From positions 1 through 28,397 of the IMG/VR virus record IMGVR_UViG_3300020365_000098: a DNA stretch of 28,397 nt. One strand, 5' to 3'. Position 1 is the stretch's first letter; the number at the start of each line of letters is the position of its first letter. Below are positions 1 through 7,876 of this stretch, piece after piece. A program made the position numbers and the translations under genes. This DNA comes from a virus (Duplodnaviria > Caudoviricetes). The notes under the pieces are model-generated. The model saw nothing but the letters and a program-made list of their open reading frames with translations. It was not told the origin of the DNA and did not search any database.

Positions 1-286
1 TATTTCCTGCAGTATTAGTACCAGAGTGAAGTTCTTTAAATCTTTTATTTCTTGGTGGTGCAGTTTTTTTCAACTCTTTCTTTTTTTGACTATAGTTATC
101 TTCTTCTTTAACTTCTTTCTTTTCAGGCAATCCTTTATGCTTAGTTGAAGCAAAATCTTTTGCATCTTTTTTCTTCATAGAGGCAGCAGCATCAGCAACC
201 TCCGGTGATGGATTTTTCATCTCACCTTTCTTAGCGGCATAAACCATACCCATGAATCTTTGCTGTGCTTTGGATACTGCTGGCAT
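1..286 (-). CDS. DUF3008-like small basic protein (3' end runs off the window)
   Basis: Not in the ORF track. ATG at 286-284 overlaps the gp16 stop (TAATG). My translation is MPAVSKAQQRFMGMVYAAKKGEMKNPSPEVADAAASMKKKDAKDFASTKHKGLPEKKEVKEEDNYSQKKKELKKTAPPRNKRFKELHSGTNTAGN..., open to the window edge. MPAxSKAQQ...ASTKxKGxPE is the pattern I recall for DUF3008. Confidence 0.75.
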   Translation of the reverse strand, partial: MPAVSKAQQRFMGMVYAAKKGEMKNPSPEVADAAASMKKKDAKDFASTKHKGLPEKKEVKEEDNYSQKKKELKKTAPPRNKRFKELHSGTNTAGN

Positions 287-702
287 TATTCTTGCTTGAA
301 TCCGTCTTTTAATAATTTTTGTAACTCTGCTGTTGAACCAACGAACAACGCATTGTTTACAGTAGTAGGAGATGATTTAGCATCTTCTTTATTTAGATCC
401 TTCATCTTTTGCTGCAAGTCAATCAACTTATCTGATACATCTCCAACACTTTTGATAAGTTGACCAACAACTTCGTATGATCTAGGTTGCTGTCCTTCTT
501 GTGCTAGTTCAAGAATACCGTTGATTGCTTCCTGACCTTTTTCAATCAAAGAATACAAATTGCCACGGGTATACTCATAATCCGCTGTAGGGTCATCTTT
601 CTTGTTAATATCTCTGAGTTTTTGTTTAGTCTCTTTTACTATTTCTCCTGCTTGAACTTCAATGTCCAACGAATCATTTATTTTATCGAATTGTTCATTC
701 AT
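286..702 (-). CDS. gp16: terminase small subunit (T4 gp16-like)
   Basis: 138 aa. DYEYTRGNLYSLIEKGQEAINGILELAQE..PRSYEVVGQLIK and the C-terminal NNALFVGSTAELQKLLK are characteristic of T4-like small terminases. Lies directly downstream of gp15 with an ATGA overlap. Confidence 0.95.
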   Translation of the reverse strand: MNEQFDKINDSLDIEVQAGEIVKETKQKLRDINKKDDPTADYEYTRGNLYSLIEKGQEAINGILELAQEGQQPRSYEVVGQLIKSVGDVSDKLIDLQQKMKDLNKEDAKSSPTTVNNALFVGSTAELQKLLKDGFKQE

Positions 703-1751
703 AAGTCAATACCTTTACTAGGACTAAACGTTCTACCATCAGCAAAGTCAAATCTTTCTTCGCTGAATCCGAAGTCATCACCAACTTCAACCAGTGCATT
801 GTCATCATTATTTACAACATCAACAGACGCTCCTAAAAGATGAGCATCTGTTCTAGTACCATCAACTCCTCTATTGACAGTAAGTGTTTCATTACTAATT
901 TCTCTAATGTACATTAATTCACCACCAATTGCAATATAACTGTCCGTAACCAAACTAGAAGCATTGGATACAGTAAACATGGTCTTGGTATCAGTTATAT
1001 CCTCTGCAAGTGTGGTTGTGTTGTCATCATTGTAATCCTTAAGTGCTCTAGGTGTTGCAACGTACCTAAGAGATCTGGTTGTATCTTTTCTGTTTGTATT
1101 AGTTGAATAGTCCACTTGAACTCTCTTGATAAGACCTTCACTACTATCTGCAACAGGACCGAACAGGTATGTCTTAGCGGTAAAGTCTAATGTGTGAATG
1201 ATAACTCTTTTCTCATCATATCCTGAAGTGTAATTATCATCGAAAGATATATTATCCAGAACCATAGGGATATCTCTCTTTTCTCCAATCGCAGCAACTA
1301 AATCAACTGTGATATTAAAAGATGGTTGAAAGTATGGAAGAATTTGCTCTAATATCTGTAGAGCATCTTCATTGTACTGTGACATAATCGAAAGTCTAAA
1401 TCCCAGATTGTAAGGGACTGGCATAAAGACTTTTCTTGCTGCTTTACTTCCATCTTTGGTAACTGCTTTAAAGGTCTGCATTGTAGAAACCTTTCTAGAA
1501 TTATCATATGTAATTGATGATAGTTCAAATGCAATTCTTGGCAAAGTGATTGCCACTCTTTTTCTTATATCTGGTTTCTGCTCTAATCTTGCTAAGAACT
1601 TTTCTGCAGGACCATAAGCAACAGGAATTCTGACTGTAGAATAATTTTTTCCAGTCTGATCCTTATGCTTAATATCAATTGTATTAAACAAAGTTCCGAA
1701 AGATATAATCGTCTTTCTTATGATTTCGTGATAATAATATGTTCCTAGCAT
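699..1751 (-). CDS. gp15: tail sheath stabiliser / tail terminator (T4 gp15-like) with a C-terminal ~70-aa insertion
   Basis: 350 aa. N-terminus MLGTYYYHEIIRKTIISFGTLFN, plus IPVAYGP, LPRIAFE, DALQILEQILPYFQP and FTAKTYLFGP motifs typical of gp15. Syntenic between gp14 and gp16. Confidence 0.95.
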   Translation of the reverse strand: MLGTYYYHEIIRKTIISFGTLFNTIDIKHKDQTGKNYSTVRIPVAYGPAEKFLARLEQKPDIRKRVAITLPRIAFELSSITYDNSRKVSTMQTFKAVTKDGSKAARKVFMPVPYNLGFRLSIMSQYNEDALQILEQILPYFQPSFNITVDLVAAIGEKRDIPMVLDNISFDDNYTSGYDEKRVIIHTLDFTAKTYLFGPVADSSEGLIKRVQVDYSTNTNRKDTTRSLRYVATPRALKDYNDDNTTTLAEDITDTKTMFTVSNASSLVTDSYIAIGGELMYIREISNETLTVNRGVDGTRTDAHLLGASVDVVNNDDNALVEVGDDFGFSEERFDFADGRTFSPSKGIDL

Positions 1752-4327
1752 TAGTACTCTCCGAATGGATTAGATTCTGTGAAATCTAAAATTAAATCTG
1801 CCTGAGATTCAAATGTGTCATTATCTGCAAAAGTATCAACCTCGTCTTGATCTGATATTGCATTTAATCGATATTTAGCATTTGAACCATTTAATGTTGT
1901 TCCAATTCCCACAACAAACTCACCAATAGTAAATCCAGGTTCGCTGAGTTTAGTCACTTCAAGAACTCTAGTATCCCTATCCCAATCAGAAACAATAGCA
2001 GTAGTTCCAGTAGAAACTCCTCTTACAATTTCTTTGAATTGATAGTTTTCTTCCACTTCTCCTGTATCTGGTGATTCAATAGTGATAGTTGGAGTTAGTA
2101 CATACTTTGCACCAGCATTTGTATAACGAATACCTGCTAATTCTCCATTTGTATTAACAACAGAAACGGCTGTTGCTGTTGCAACTCCGGCAACTAATTC
2201 AACATAGTTCTTGACTTCTGGATCATTTTGAATAGTGACAATTGGTGCAGTAAGGTATCCACCACCACCAAATGTAACTGCAATTCCAGTGACAATACCA
2301 CAATTATCAATACCAAATTCAAATGATGTTGTTGCAGCAGAAATATTTGTTGCTGCTTGATTAAGAATAATTGAAGTATTACCTATACCACTTACAAATG
2401 AATCACTTGGAATAAAGTTAACGAGTGAATTGGTGTCATTGAAATCATATTGTAATCTGACTCTATCACCAAGAAGTATACCAGCAGTTGCAATACCAGT
2501 AATTACAGTTGAACCAATACCAATCGTACCAGTAGTTTTAACAGAACTATATCTCATCAGAGGAACACCAAGTGCTCTAAACTGGTCATCAGTTCCTCCT
2601 GGAGACGCAATAGAAACGAGTGGAGTCGTTCCATCTGGATAACCATATCCAGCATCAGTAAGAGTTAAAGAATCAATTGTTCCATCTGCAACATTGAGAT
2701 TTGCTGTTGCAGTTGCTTGCCTTGCTGCAGTGCTACCACTGAAACTAATTGTGGGTGTTACAGTATATCCTGCTCCAACTGTTGCACCTGTTCCAACTGC
2801 CCATGGATCTGCAGCATTAAAAGAGACTGCAGTAACAATACCGGTAATAGGATGTATTGTTGCAATACCAACAGCAACTTGTGTTGGGACGAATGTTCCA
2901 ATTCCAGTTCCAATAGTAACAGTTGGTGCAGTTGTATATGCTCTACCGGTAGTACCAAATGCAACAGAACCTGGATCTATAGATGTTCCAGCGAGTCCTA
3001 TAGTTGCAGTTGCAAAACTGAACCCTGGATGATCAATAACTACTCCTGGAGTAGAAGTATAGAACTTACCTTCAGAAGTGATTGCTACACTAGCAACAGT
3101 TCCTCCAGTTGTATTATAACTTGTCATTGATGCTGTTGCTCTTGCAGCATTTCCTGAACCTGTTGGAAGATCGAATGTAACAGTAGGAAGAACTCCAGGT
3201 TTGTAGAAAACACCTCCTGTAGTTCCTCCTGGGAACAAGAAATTGGGTGCTCCCACACTAACCGTTGCAGCAATAACACTTACACCAACACCTACAGGAG
3301 AAGCAATAGTTGCTGTTGCAGCTGCACCAACATGTTTTGGTGTGGAGAATGTAATAGTTGGAGGATCTGATAGGACATACCCATCGCCAGCATCAACAAT
3401 GTTTGGTGCTCCAATTGATCCTTCAGTAAGAAGTGCTGTTGCAATACCACCGCTCCCAACTGCATTCTGACTTCTGATAGTGATAACTGGTGGAGAAGTA
3501 TATCCAAATCCTGGATTAGTTATTTGAATGAAATCAATTGATTGTCCAACCTGACCAGTTCTACTAGTCATAATTGCTACAGCTGTGGCATCGGTTCCAC
3601 CAGCAGGTGCTTTGGCAATTCTGACAAGCGGTGGAGCAGTATATCCAGTTCCATCATGAATTAGATCAATTACATTTATCGATAATCCGGTACTGATACC
3701 AGCAGTGTCTTTTGCTAGTTGTAATGTAACTGATGCTGGTGTTGCCGCTATTCCCACCATTGTCATGGTAGTAGTGAAAACAAAATCAACAACAGATTGA
3801 TCCACTGCCTCAATTCCTGTATCAACTTCATCATCAAGAGCAAGATCAGCAATCTCACAACTTAATTGATAGACATAAAGATTATTAAGTTGATAGAATG
3901 GTTTCTTTCCCTCAACATATTTGATTTCAAACATTGTATTATCAAGAGGGAAATAAATTAAATCTCCTTCTTGTGGTCTCGTTGATACTATGTTTTCGCT
4001 CTGACCTACAAGCATCGGAGATATGAAATCTTCATATCTTTCCTTAGAAATTATAAATGTAACAGAATCTGTGCTCTGAACACCAAATTTAGAGAGAATA
4101 TCTCCTGATCCTTCAAAACCTTGATAATTTAAAAGATACGCCTCCAGTCTGAATGCATCATCAAAACCAGAAGCAGTAATCTCTCTCAGAATTGTATTTC
4201 TGTTTATAACATTCCTTGGAAGATATACGACATCCTGTCCATACATCTTCAATTGTTCATTGATTAAATCTTGAACAAGTCTTTGTTCAGTCGGTGATCC
4301 TTGTAAGAAGTAAGAATTTAATGGCAT
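1751..4327 (-). CDS. gp14: neck protein (T4 gp14-like) with large internal repeat insertion
   Basis: 858 aa. N-terminal EQRLVQDLINEQLKMYGQDVVYLPR...RPQEGDLIYFP...FEIKYVE..PFYQL and C-terminal DFTESNPFG are gp14 hallmarks. A central ~560-aa G/T/A/V-rich repeat region lies between them. Confidence 0.93.
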   Translation of the reverse strand: MPLNSYFLQGSPTEQRLVQDLINEQLKMYGQDVVYLPRNVINRNTILREITASGFDDAFRLEAYLLNYQGFEGSGDILSKFGVQSTDSVTFIISKERYEDFISPMLVGQSENIVSTRPQEGDLIYFPLDNTMFEIKYVEGKKPFYQLNNLYVYQLSCEIADLALDDEVDTGIEAVDQSVVDFVFTTTMTMVGIAATPASVTLQLAKDTAGISTGLSINVIDLIHDGTGYTAPPLVRIAKAPAGGTDATAVAIMTSRTGQVGQSIDFIQITNPGFGYTSPPVITIRSQNAVGSGGIATALLTEGSIGAPNIVDAGDGYVLSDPPTITFSTPKHVGAAATATIASPVGVGVSVIAATVSVGAPNFLFPGGTTGGVFYKPGVLPTVTFDLPTGSGNAARATASMTSYNTTGGTVASVAITSEGKFYTSTPGVVIDHPGFSFATATIGLAGTSIDPGSVAFGTTGRAYTTAPTVTIGTGIGTFVPTQVAVGIATIHPITGIVTAVSFNAADPWAVGTGATVGAGYTVTPTISFSGSTAARQATATANLNVADGTIDSLTLTDAGYGYPDGTTPLVSIASPGGTDDQFRALGVPLMRYSSVKTTGTIGIGSTVITGIATAGILLGDRVRLQYDFNDTNSLVNFIPSDSFVSGIGNTSIILNQAATNISAATTSFEFGIDNCGIVTGIAVTFGGGGYLTAPIVTIQNDPEVKNYVELVAGVATATAVSVVNTNGELAGIRYTNAGAKYVLTPTITIESPDTGEVEENYQFKEIVRGVSTGTTAIVSDWDRDTRVLEVTKLSEPGFTIGEFVVGIGTTLNGSNAKYRLNAISDQDEVDTFADNDTFESQADLILDFTESNPFGEY
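2070..3757 (-). repeat. about 10 degenerate protein-level repeats (GxGYxxxPx[VI]x[IF]) within gp14
   Basis: Successive cores: GTGYTAPP, GFGYTSPP, GDGYVLSDPP, GVFYKPGVLP, GKFYTSTP, GRAYTTAP, GAGYTVTP, GYGYPDGTTP, GGGYLTAP, GAKYVLTP. No exact nucleotide repeat was noticed. Confidence 0.85.
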
Positions 4328-4333
4328 GATACA

Positions 4334-5146
4334 TCAACCTATCAAATCAAATGGGGGAGTTTCATATGTGTCTCTGAGTTCTCTATCAAGATCTTCAAGT
4401 TCTCTTACTGCATCATCATATATTTGTCTTCCATTCAAAGATACTCCACCCGGAAGCATGACTCCTTGGAATTTAATTAGATTCTGACCCCATTGTTTCT
4501 TTATCAGAGCAGTAGTATATTTTTTCAACCACCAGTCATTGTAAACTTTTGATGCATCTGCTGGATCTACTAAGCGATAACAATCAAGAATGATATAATC
4601 ATCATTACCTAGATCAGCAAAATCAATATCTAGATATAATCTATTTCTTTTTCTGTTAAATCTTATCTGAGTATCTGGAGTCAGAAGTCTACTGATGTCT
4701 TCCAGATGAGTTTTTGTCATGGTATAGTTTAGAAGATCAAGTGCTCCATAATAGTAAACGTCATTCAGGAACAGTTGATATTTGATATTAAAGAGACTAC
4801 CAGAGATGGTGTTATCCATCTTGAAGACTTTATTTACGCCAATTACATGATCGGGAAGTTGAAGAAAATTTAAACTCTCTGCCCAACCAACACTAGTAAC
4901 ACCAGTGGATGATGTTGCAGTTGTTGTAGTAACACCAGTTCGTAATGTTTCTTTTTCTGCCTTTGTGACCTTATGCTTCAGATACATTCTTTCCACACCA
5001 TCATAATGATAGTCTTGGAAATGTTGAATGGCATCATCTACAAGATCTTCAATCTGATCATCATCAACGTTAATTTCAAGAACAGGATAACCAAGTCTCC
5101 TTAGAGAGTAATCGATCAATTCTTGTCTGGTCGATGGTTGGCTCAT
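4334..5146 (-). CDS. gp13: neck protein (T4 gp13-like)
   Basis: 270 aa. RQELIDYSLRRLGYPVLEINVDDDQIEDLVDDAIQ and WLKKYTTALIKKQWGQNLIKFQGVMLPGGVSLNG are canonical gp13 motifs. Confidence 0.96.
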   Translation of the reverse strand: MSQPSTRQELIDYSLRRLGYPVLEINVDDDQIEDLVDDAIQHFQDYHYDGVERMYLKHKVTKAEKETLRTGVTTTTATSSTGVTSVGWAESLNFLQLPDHVIGVNKVFKMDNTISGSLFNIKYQLFLNDVYYYGALDLLNYTMTKTHLEDISRLLTPDTQIRFNRKRNRLYLDIDFADLGNDDYIILDCYRLVDPADASKVYNDWWLKKYTTALIKKQWGQNLIKFQGVMLPGGVSLNGRQIYDDAVRELEDLDRELRDTYETPPFDLIG

Positions 5147-5319
5147 TCTTCGATACCTGGTTCTTGAAATTCTTCTGTCTGTACCTGCTGCTGCAATTCA
5201 AGATAGTCTTGGGTTAAAGACTCAAGTTTTGCTTCTAAGAGAATATTCTGATTCATTAACGAAGAAATTTTAGCATGATAATTCTTAATCAAAATATTCA
5301 CATCAACTTCTTTATTCAT
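5143..5319 (-). CDS. small acidic coiled-coil hypothetical protein (58 aa)
   Basis: Below the track cutoff. MNKEVDVNILIKNYHAKISSLMNQNILLEAKLESLTQDYLELQQQVQTEEFQEPGIEE*. It fills the fibre-gp13 gap, its TGA overlaps the gp13 ATG (ATGA), and it shows heptad-like Leu/Ile spacing. Confidence 0.8.
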   Translation of the reverse strand: MNKEVDVNILIKNYHAKISSLMNQNILLEAKLESLTQDYLELQQQVQTEEFQEPGIEE

Positions 5320-5323
5320 AAGG

Positions 5324-7033
5324 CTAGAAAGTTCCTCCGTCTAGGGTATCAGTCCAGGTGGGCTTGTTAGTATATGTAGTCGCTACATTACTTGGAGTAA
5401 TGGAATTAGATGATCCATTTACAACCAGATCATCAGTTGTATTAAATGTTCCTTGAACACCAATCAACGTTACTGCTGTACCACTGTTTACGGTGGTTTT
5501 GACTACACCATAAGCAGAACTGTTATTCTGCTGAGTAATCTGAGCACCTTGTGTATAACTACTTGATGATACTGTAAGTACAATTTCACTTACAGCAGTC
5601 AGAATCTGTGTGGAAGTTAGTGTATTACCTGCATCAGTTGGTGAGTTGGTTGATCTTTGCAGACCATCGCTGTCAAAGTAGACAGCACCACCAGTGCTGA
5701 AGTTACCAGACTGATAGTAGATACCTTTAACATCTAAGAACCCTTTGGTTCCAGTAACTACGCTGTTTGATACAGTTGCATCTGGAATGTAAGTCCACTT
5801 TCTGCTTCCATCACCATGAGTTCCATGATTAGTTGCAGTTGCCGAACTGTTAGAAATTGCACTATCGTCAAATCCAAAGAATCCAACTTTGTTGTTTGCA
5901 ATTCCAGATCCAGTATTATAGTTGAATGAAATACCTCTGTCAGTATTTGTATCATAACCATGAGTTATGACAACTTGAGATGTTGTGGTAATACCTGGAG
6001 CTTGTGAAGTTCCATTATAGGTTACAGTTTTATTTGCTATATCAATAGCAGTAACCGTACCAATACCACCGACAGCAATTCCTGTTGCTGCAATGTGGTC
6101 ACCAGTATTAATTCCAACAACAGAATCCAAATTAACTGTGGATACACCAGCAACCACTGGGATTCTTACAGTTCTATTACTCGTTACATCACCAACGTGA
6201 TAGATGGGATCATTAACAGAAACAGCAGTTGAGTTAACAACAGTTGTTGTACCATCAACTTGCAAGTCACCCTTAATAACAACTTGACCTTCATTGCTTA
6301 ATCCATCGGGATATGGATCAAGATATAGAACATTTCCCGATCCTGGAAGAGTTGAAATTACGTTGGATGAAATACCAACAGCGTCTGCTTGGAATTGTCC
6401 ACTGAATGTAACAATACCAGCGACAACTACACCACCACCAACATGGAGATCTTTCTCGATGCCAACTCCACCCTCAACTACAAGAGCACCAGTATCTTTA
6501 CTGGTCGCATTGGTGGTGTCAGAAATAGTAATCTGAACTCCATCATTATAATCCCAATCAGCACCAGTTACTTGAATTTTATCAGCGCCATTTTCATCAT
6601 ATTCAATCTTGGCATCCTTACTTGTACCAAAAGTCAGGAATGTGTCATCTGGAATTACAATTTCACCAGATCCGTTGGGATCAATATTGATATCACCATC
6701 AGTATTAGTTGATGATAATGTATTTAAATCTAACCTTAAATTATCTACATTCCATTGATCAACTTTTCTGTCGCTATCAAGGATAGCAACGAATCCGTTA
6801 CTCGGTGTAGTTGGGTTCTGGGTGGCAGCAACCAGACCAGGACCATGCGCCATCAGGTCTGTGTAGTAACGACCACCAATTACATCTACATTACCTGAAT
6901 CATCACCAACAAAGAGTCGTTCTCCTTTGTTGGCCTGTGTACCCGATCCAATGGTTAAACCAAGTTCACCGAAATTTAGACTACCCGGTGCATTTGATCC
7001 TGTAGATCGTTTTACCCTTATAATACTTGCCAT
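5324..7033 (-). CDS. fibre-like virion structural protein (collar or tail fibre)
   Basis: 569 aa. N-terminal IRVKRSTG...LNFGELG attachment-type motif, beta-fibre motifs (GALVVEGGVGIEKDLHVGG, GDLQVDGTTTVVNST, DRGISF) and C-terminal LDGGTF. Sits upstream of gp13, where T4 has wac/fibritin. Confidence 0.75.
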   Translation of the reverse strand: MASIIRVKRSTGSNAPGSLNFGELGLTIGSGTQANKGERLFVGDDSGNVDVIGGRYYTDLMAHGPGLVAATQNPTTPSNGFVAILDSDRKVDQWNVDNLRLDLNTLSSTNTDGDINIDPNGSGEIVIPDDTFLTFGTSKDAKIEYDENGADKIQVTGADWDYNDGVQITISDTTNATSKDTGALVVEGGVGIEKDLHVGGGVVVAGIVTFSGQFQADAVGISSNVISTLPGSGNVLYLDPYPDGLSNEGQVVIKGDLQVDGTTTVVNSTAVSVNDPIYHVGDVTSNRTVRIPVVAGVSTVNLDSVVGINTGDHIAATGIAVGGIGTVTAIDIANKTVTYNGTSQAPGITTTSQVVITHGYDTNTDRGISFNYNTGSGIANNKVGFFGFDDSAISNSSATATNHGTHGDGSRKWTYIPDATVSNSVVTGTKGFLDVKGIYYQSGNFSTGGAVYFDSDGLQRSTNSPTDAGNTLTSTQILTAVSEIVLTVSSSSYTQGAQITQQNNSSAYGVVKTTVNSGTAVTLIGVQGTFNTTDDLVVNGSSNSITPSNVATTYTNKPTWTDTLDGGTF

Positions 7034-7036
7034 GGC

Positions 7037-7267
7037 TTAGAAATTTCCTCCATTAATGTTCAGGTTCTGGGTGTTTCCTGGTGTCAACTCTAAAGTTGCT
7101 TCCCATCTAGATGTTGTTGTGTTATATACTAAAACCATGCCATTTTGGAGACCTGAACCAATGTCAACGTCACTCAAACCAGTTAAGGTAGATCCCCCAC
7201 CACCTTTAAATGATGAAAGAACCTTTACGGCGTTTTGTGATCCAAGCCTTACTTTGATGTCTGCCAT
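7037..7267 (-). CDS. small fibre-associated hypothetical protein (76 aa)
   Basis: Contains the LxxLSDV...NGxVLxYNxxxxxW fibre-type motif and ends in INGGNF. Tight spacing with both neighbours. Confidence 0.75.
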   Translation of the reverse strand: MADIKVRLGSQNAVKVLSSFKGGGGSTLTGLSDVDIGSGLQNGMVLVYNTTTSRWEATLELTPGNTQNLNINGGNF

Positions 7268-7272
7268 AGGGT

Positions 7273-7614
7273 TTAAACAGTCGTGGTAATTCCAGCAGTA
7301 ACGAGAGCACTACCTTCAATAACCCTGGTCTTTTCAGATCCGTCGCTCAATAGAACGTCGTAAACATATCTTCCCGGTTTTAACACTGCGGTTGTTGATG
7401 CAGTTAAGGCGATTTGCATAACGCCTTGAACTCTATTGGGAAATGATACAGTAAAAGTAGCAGCAGTTGACAAAGAAGAATGATGTTTTTTCATTCTAGA
7501 TGCACCTGTATAACCAGTGAGATTCAAAGGTGAATTTGCAATGTCCTCAAGATTGAACTGCTGATTAAAATCAGCACCCGCTTCGATTACAATGTTACTA
7601 ACATATGCTGCCAT
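7273..7614 (-). CDS. small virion structural protein, BppU N-terminal / Ig-like fold candidate (113 aa)
   Basis: IxxGADF...LNLTGYT..S.MKKH...GRYVYDVLL...RVIEGSALV pattern seen in conserved cyanomyophage structural ORFs. A late promoter lies just upstream. Confidence 0.7.
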   Translation of the reverse strand: MAAYVSNIVIEAGADFNQQFNLEDIANSPLNLTGYTGASRMKKHHSSLSTAATFTVSFPNRVQGVMQIALTASTTAVLKPGRYVYDVLLSDGSEKTRVIEGSALVTAGITTTV

Positions 7615-7641
7615 TACTGTCAGTTAGGGTCTATCTTTACA

Positions 7642-7649
7642 TATTTATA
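7642..7649 (-). promoter_or_regulatory. T4-type late promoter (gp55-dependent TATAAATA box)
   Basis: Plus-strand tatttata reads TATAAATA on the coding strand. It lies in the 37-nt intergenic gap, about 28 nt upstream of the ATG at 7614. Confidence 0.85.
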
Positions 7650-7651
7650 AT

Positions 7652-7876
7652 TCATTTATCCACAATACTTTTCAAAAGTGATTTAATCTCATTCATATCA
7701 TCTTTCAAAGACTTCACATCAGATTTCAAATCATCATATTCTTTCTTTTCTTGAGCCTTTTTTTGAGAAAGACTCAAGAATTTATCATAGTCACTTCTGT
7801 TGGTATTAATAATCGCATTTGAATTTAAATCTCTAACTAAAGAGTTTTCATTCTCAACTTTCAAGTAATCATTCAT
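7652..7876 (-). CDS. conserved hypothetical phage protein with C-terminal coiled coil (74 aa)
   Basis: ATG at 7876 (ATGAATGA overlap with the VrlC stop) is preferred over the track's TTG start at 7882. Sequence has LVRDLNSNAIINTN followed by an amphipathic helix, as commonly seen downstream of vrlC in cyanomyophages. Confidence 0.8.
   Translation of the reverse strand: MNDYLKVENENSLVRDLNSNAIINTNRSDYDKFLSLSQKKAQEKKEYDDLKSDVKSLKDDMNEIKSLLKSIVDK

Noticed and set aside
64-125. T-rich homopolymer runs near the left edge as a terminator or frameshift site
   Set aside because: They are Lys/Glu codons (AAA/GAA) of the open DUF3008-like frame, and no preceding hairpin was seen.
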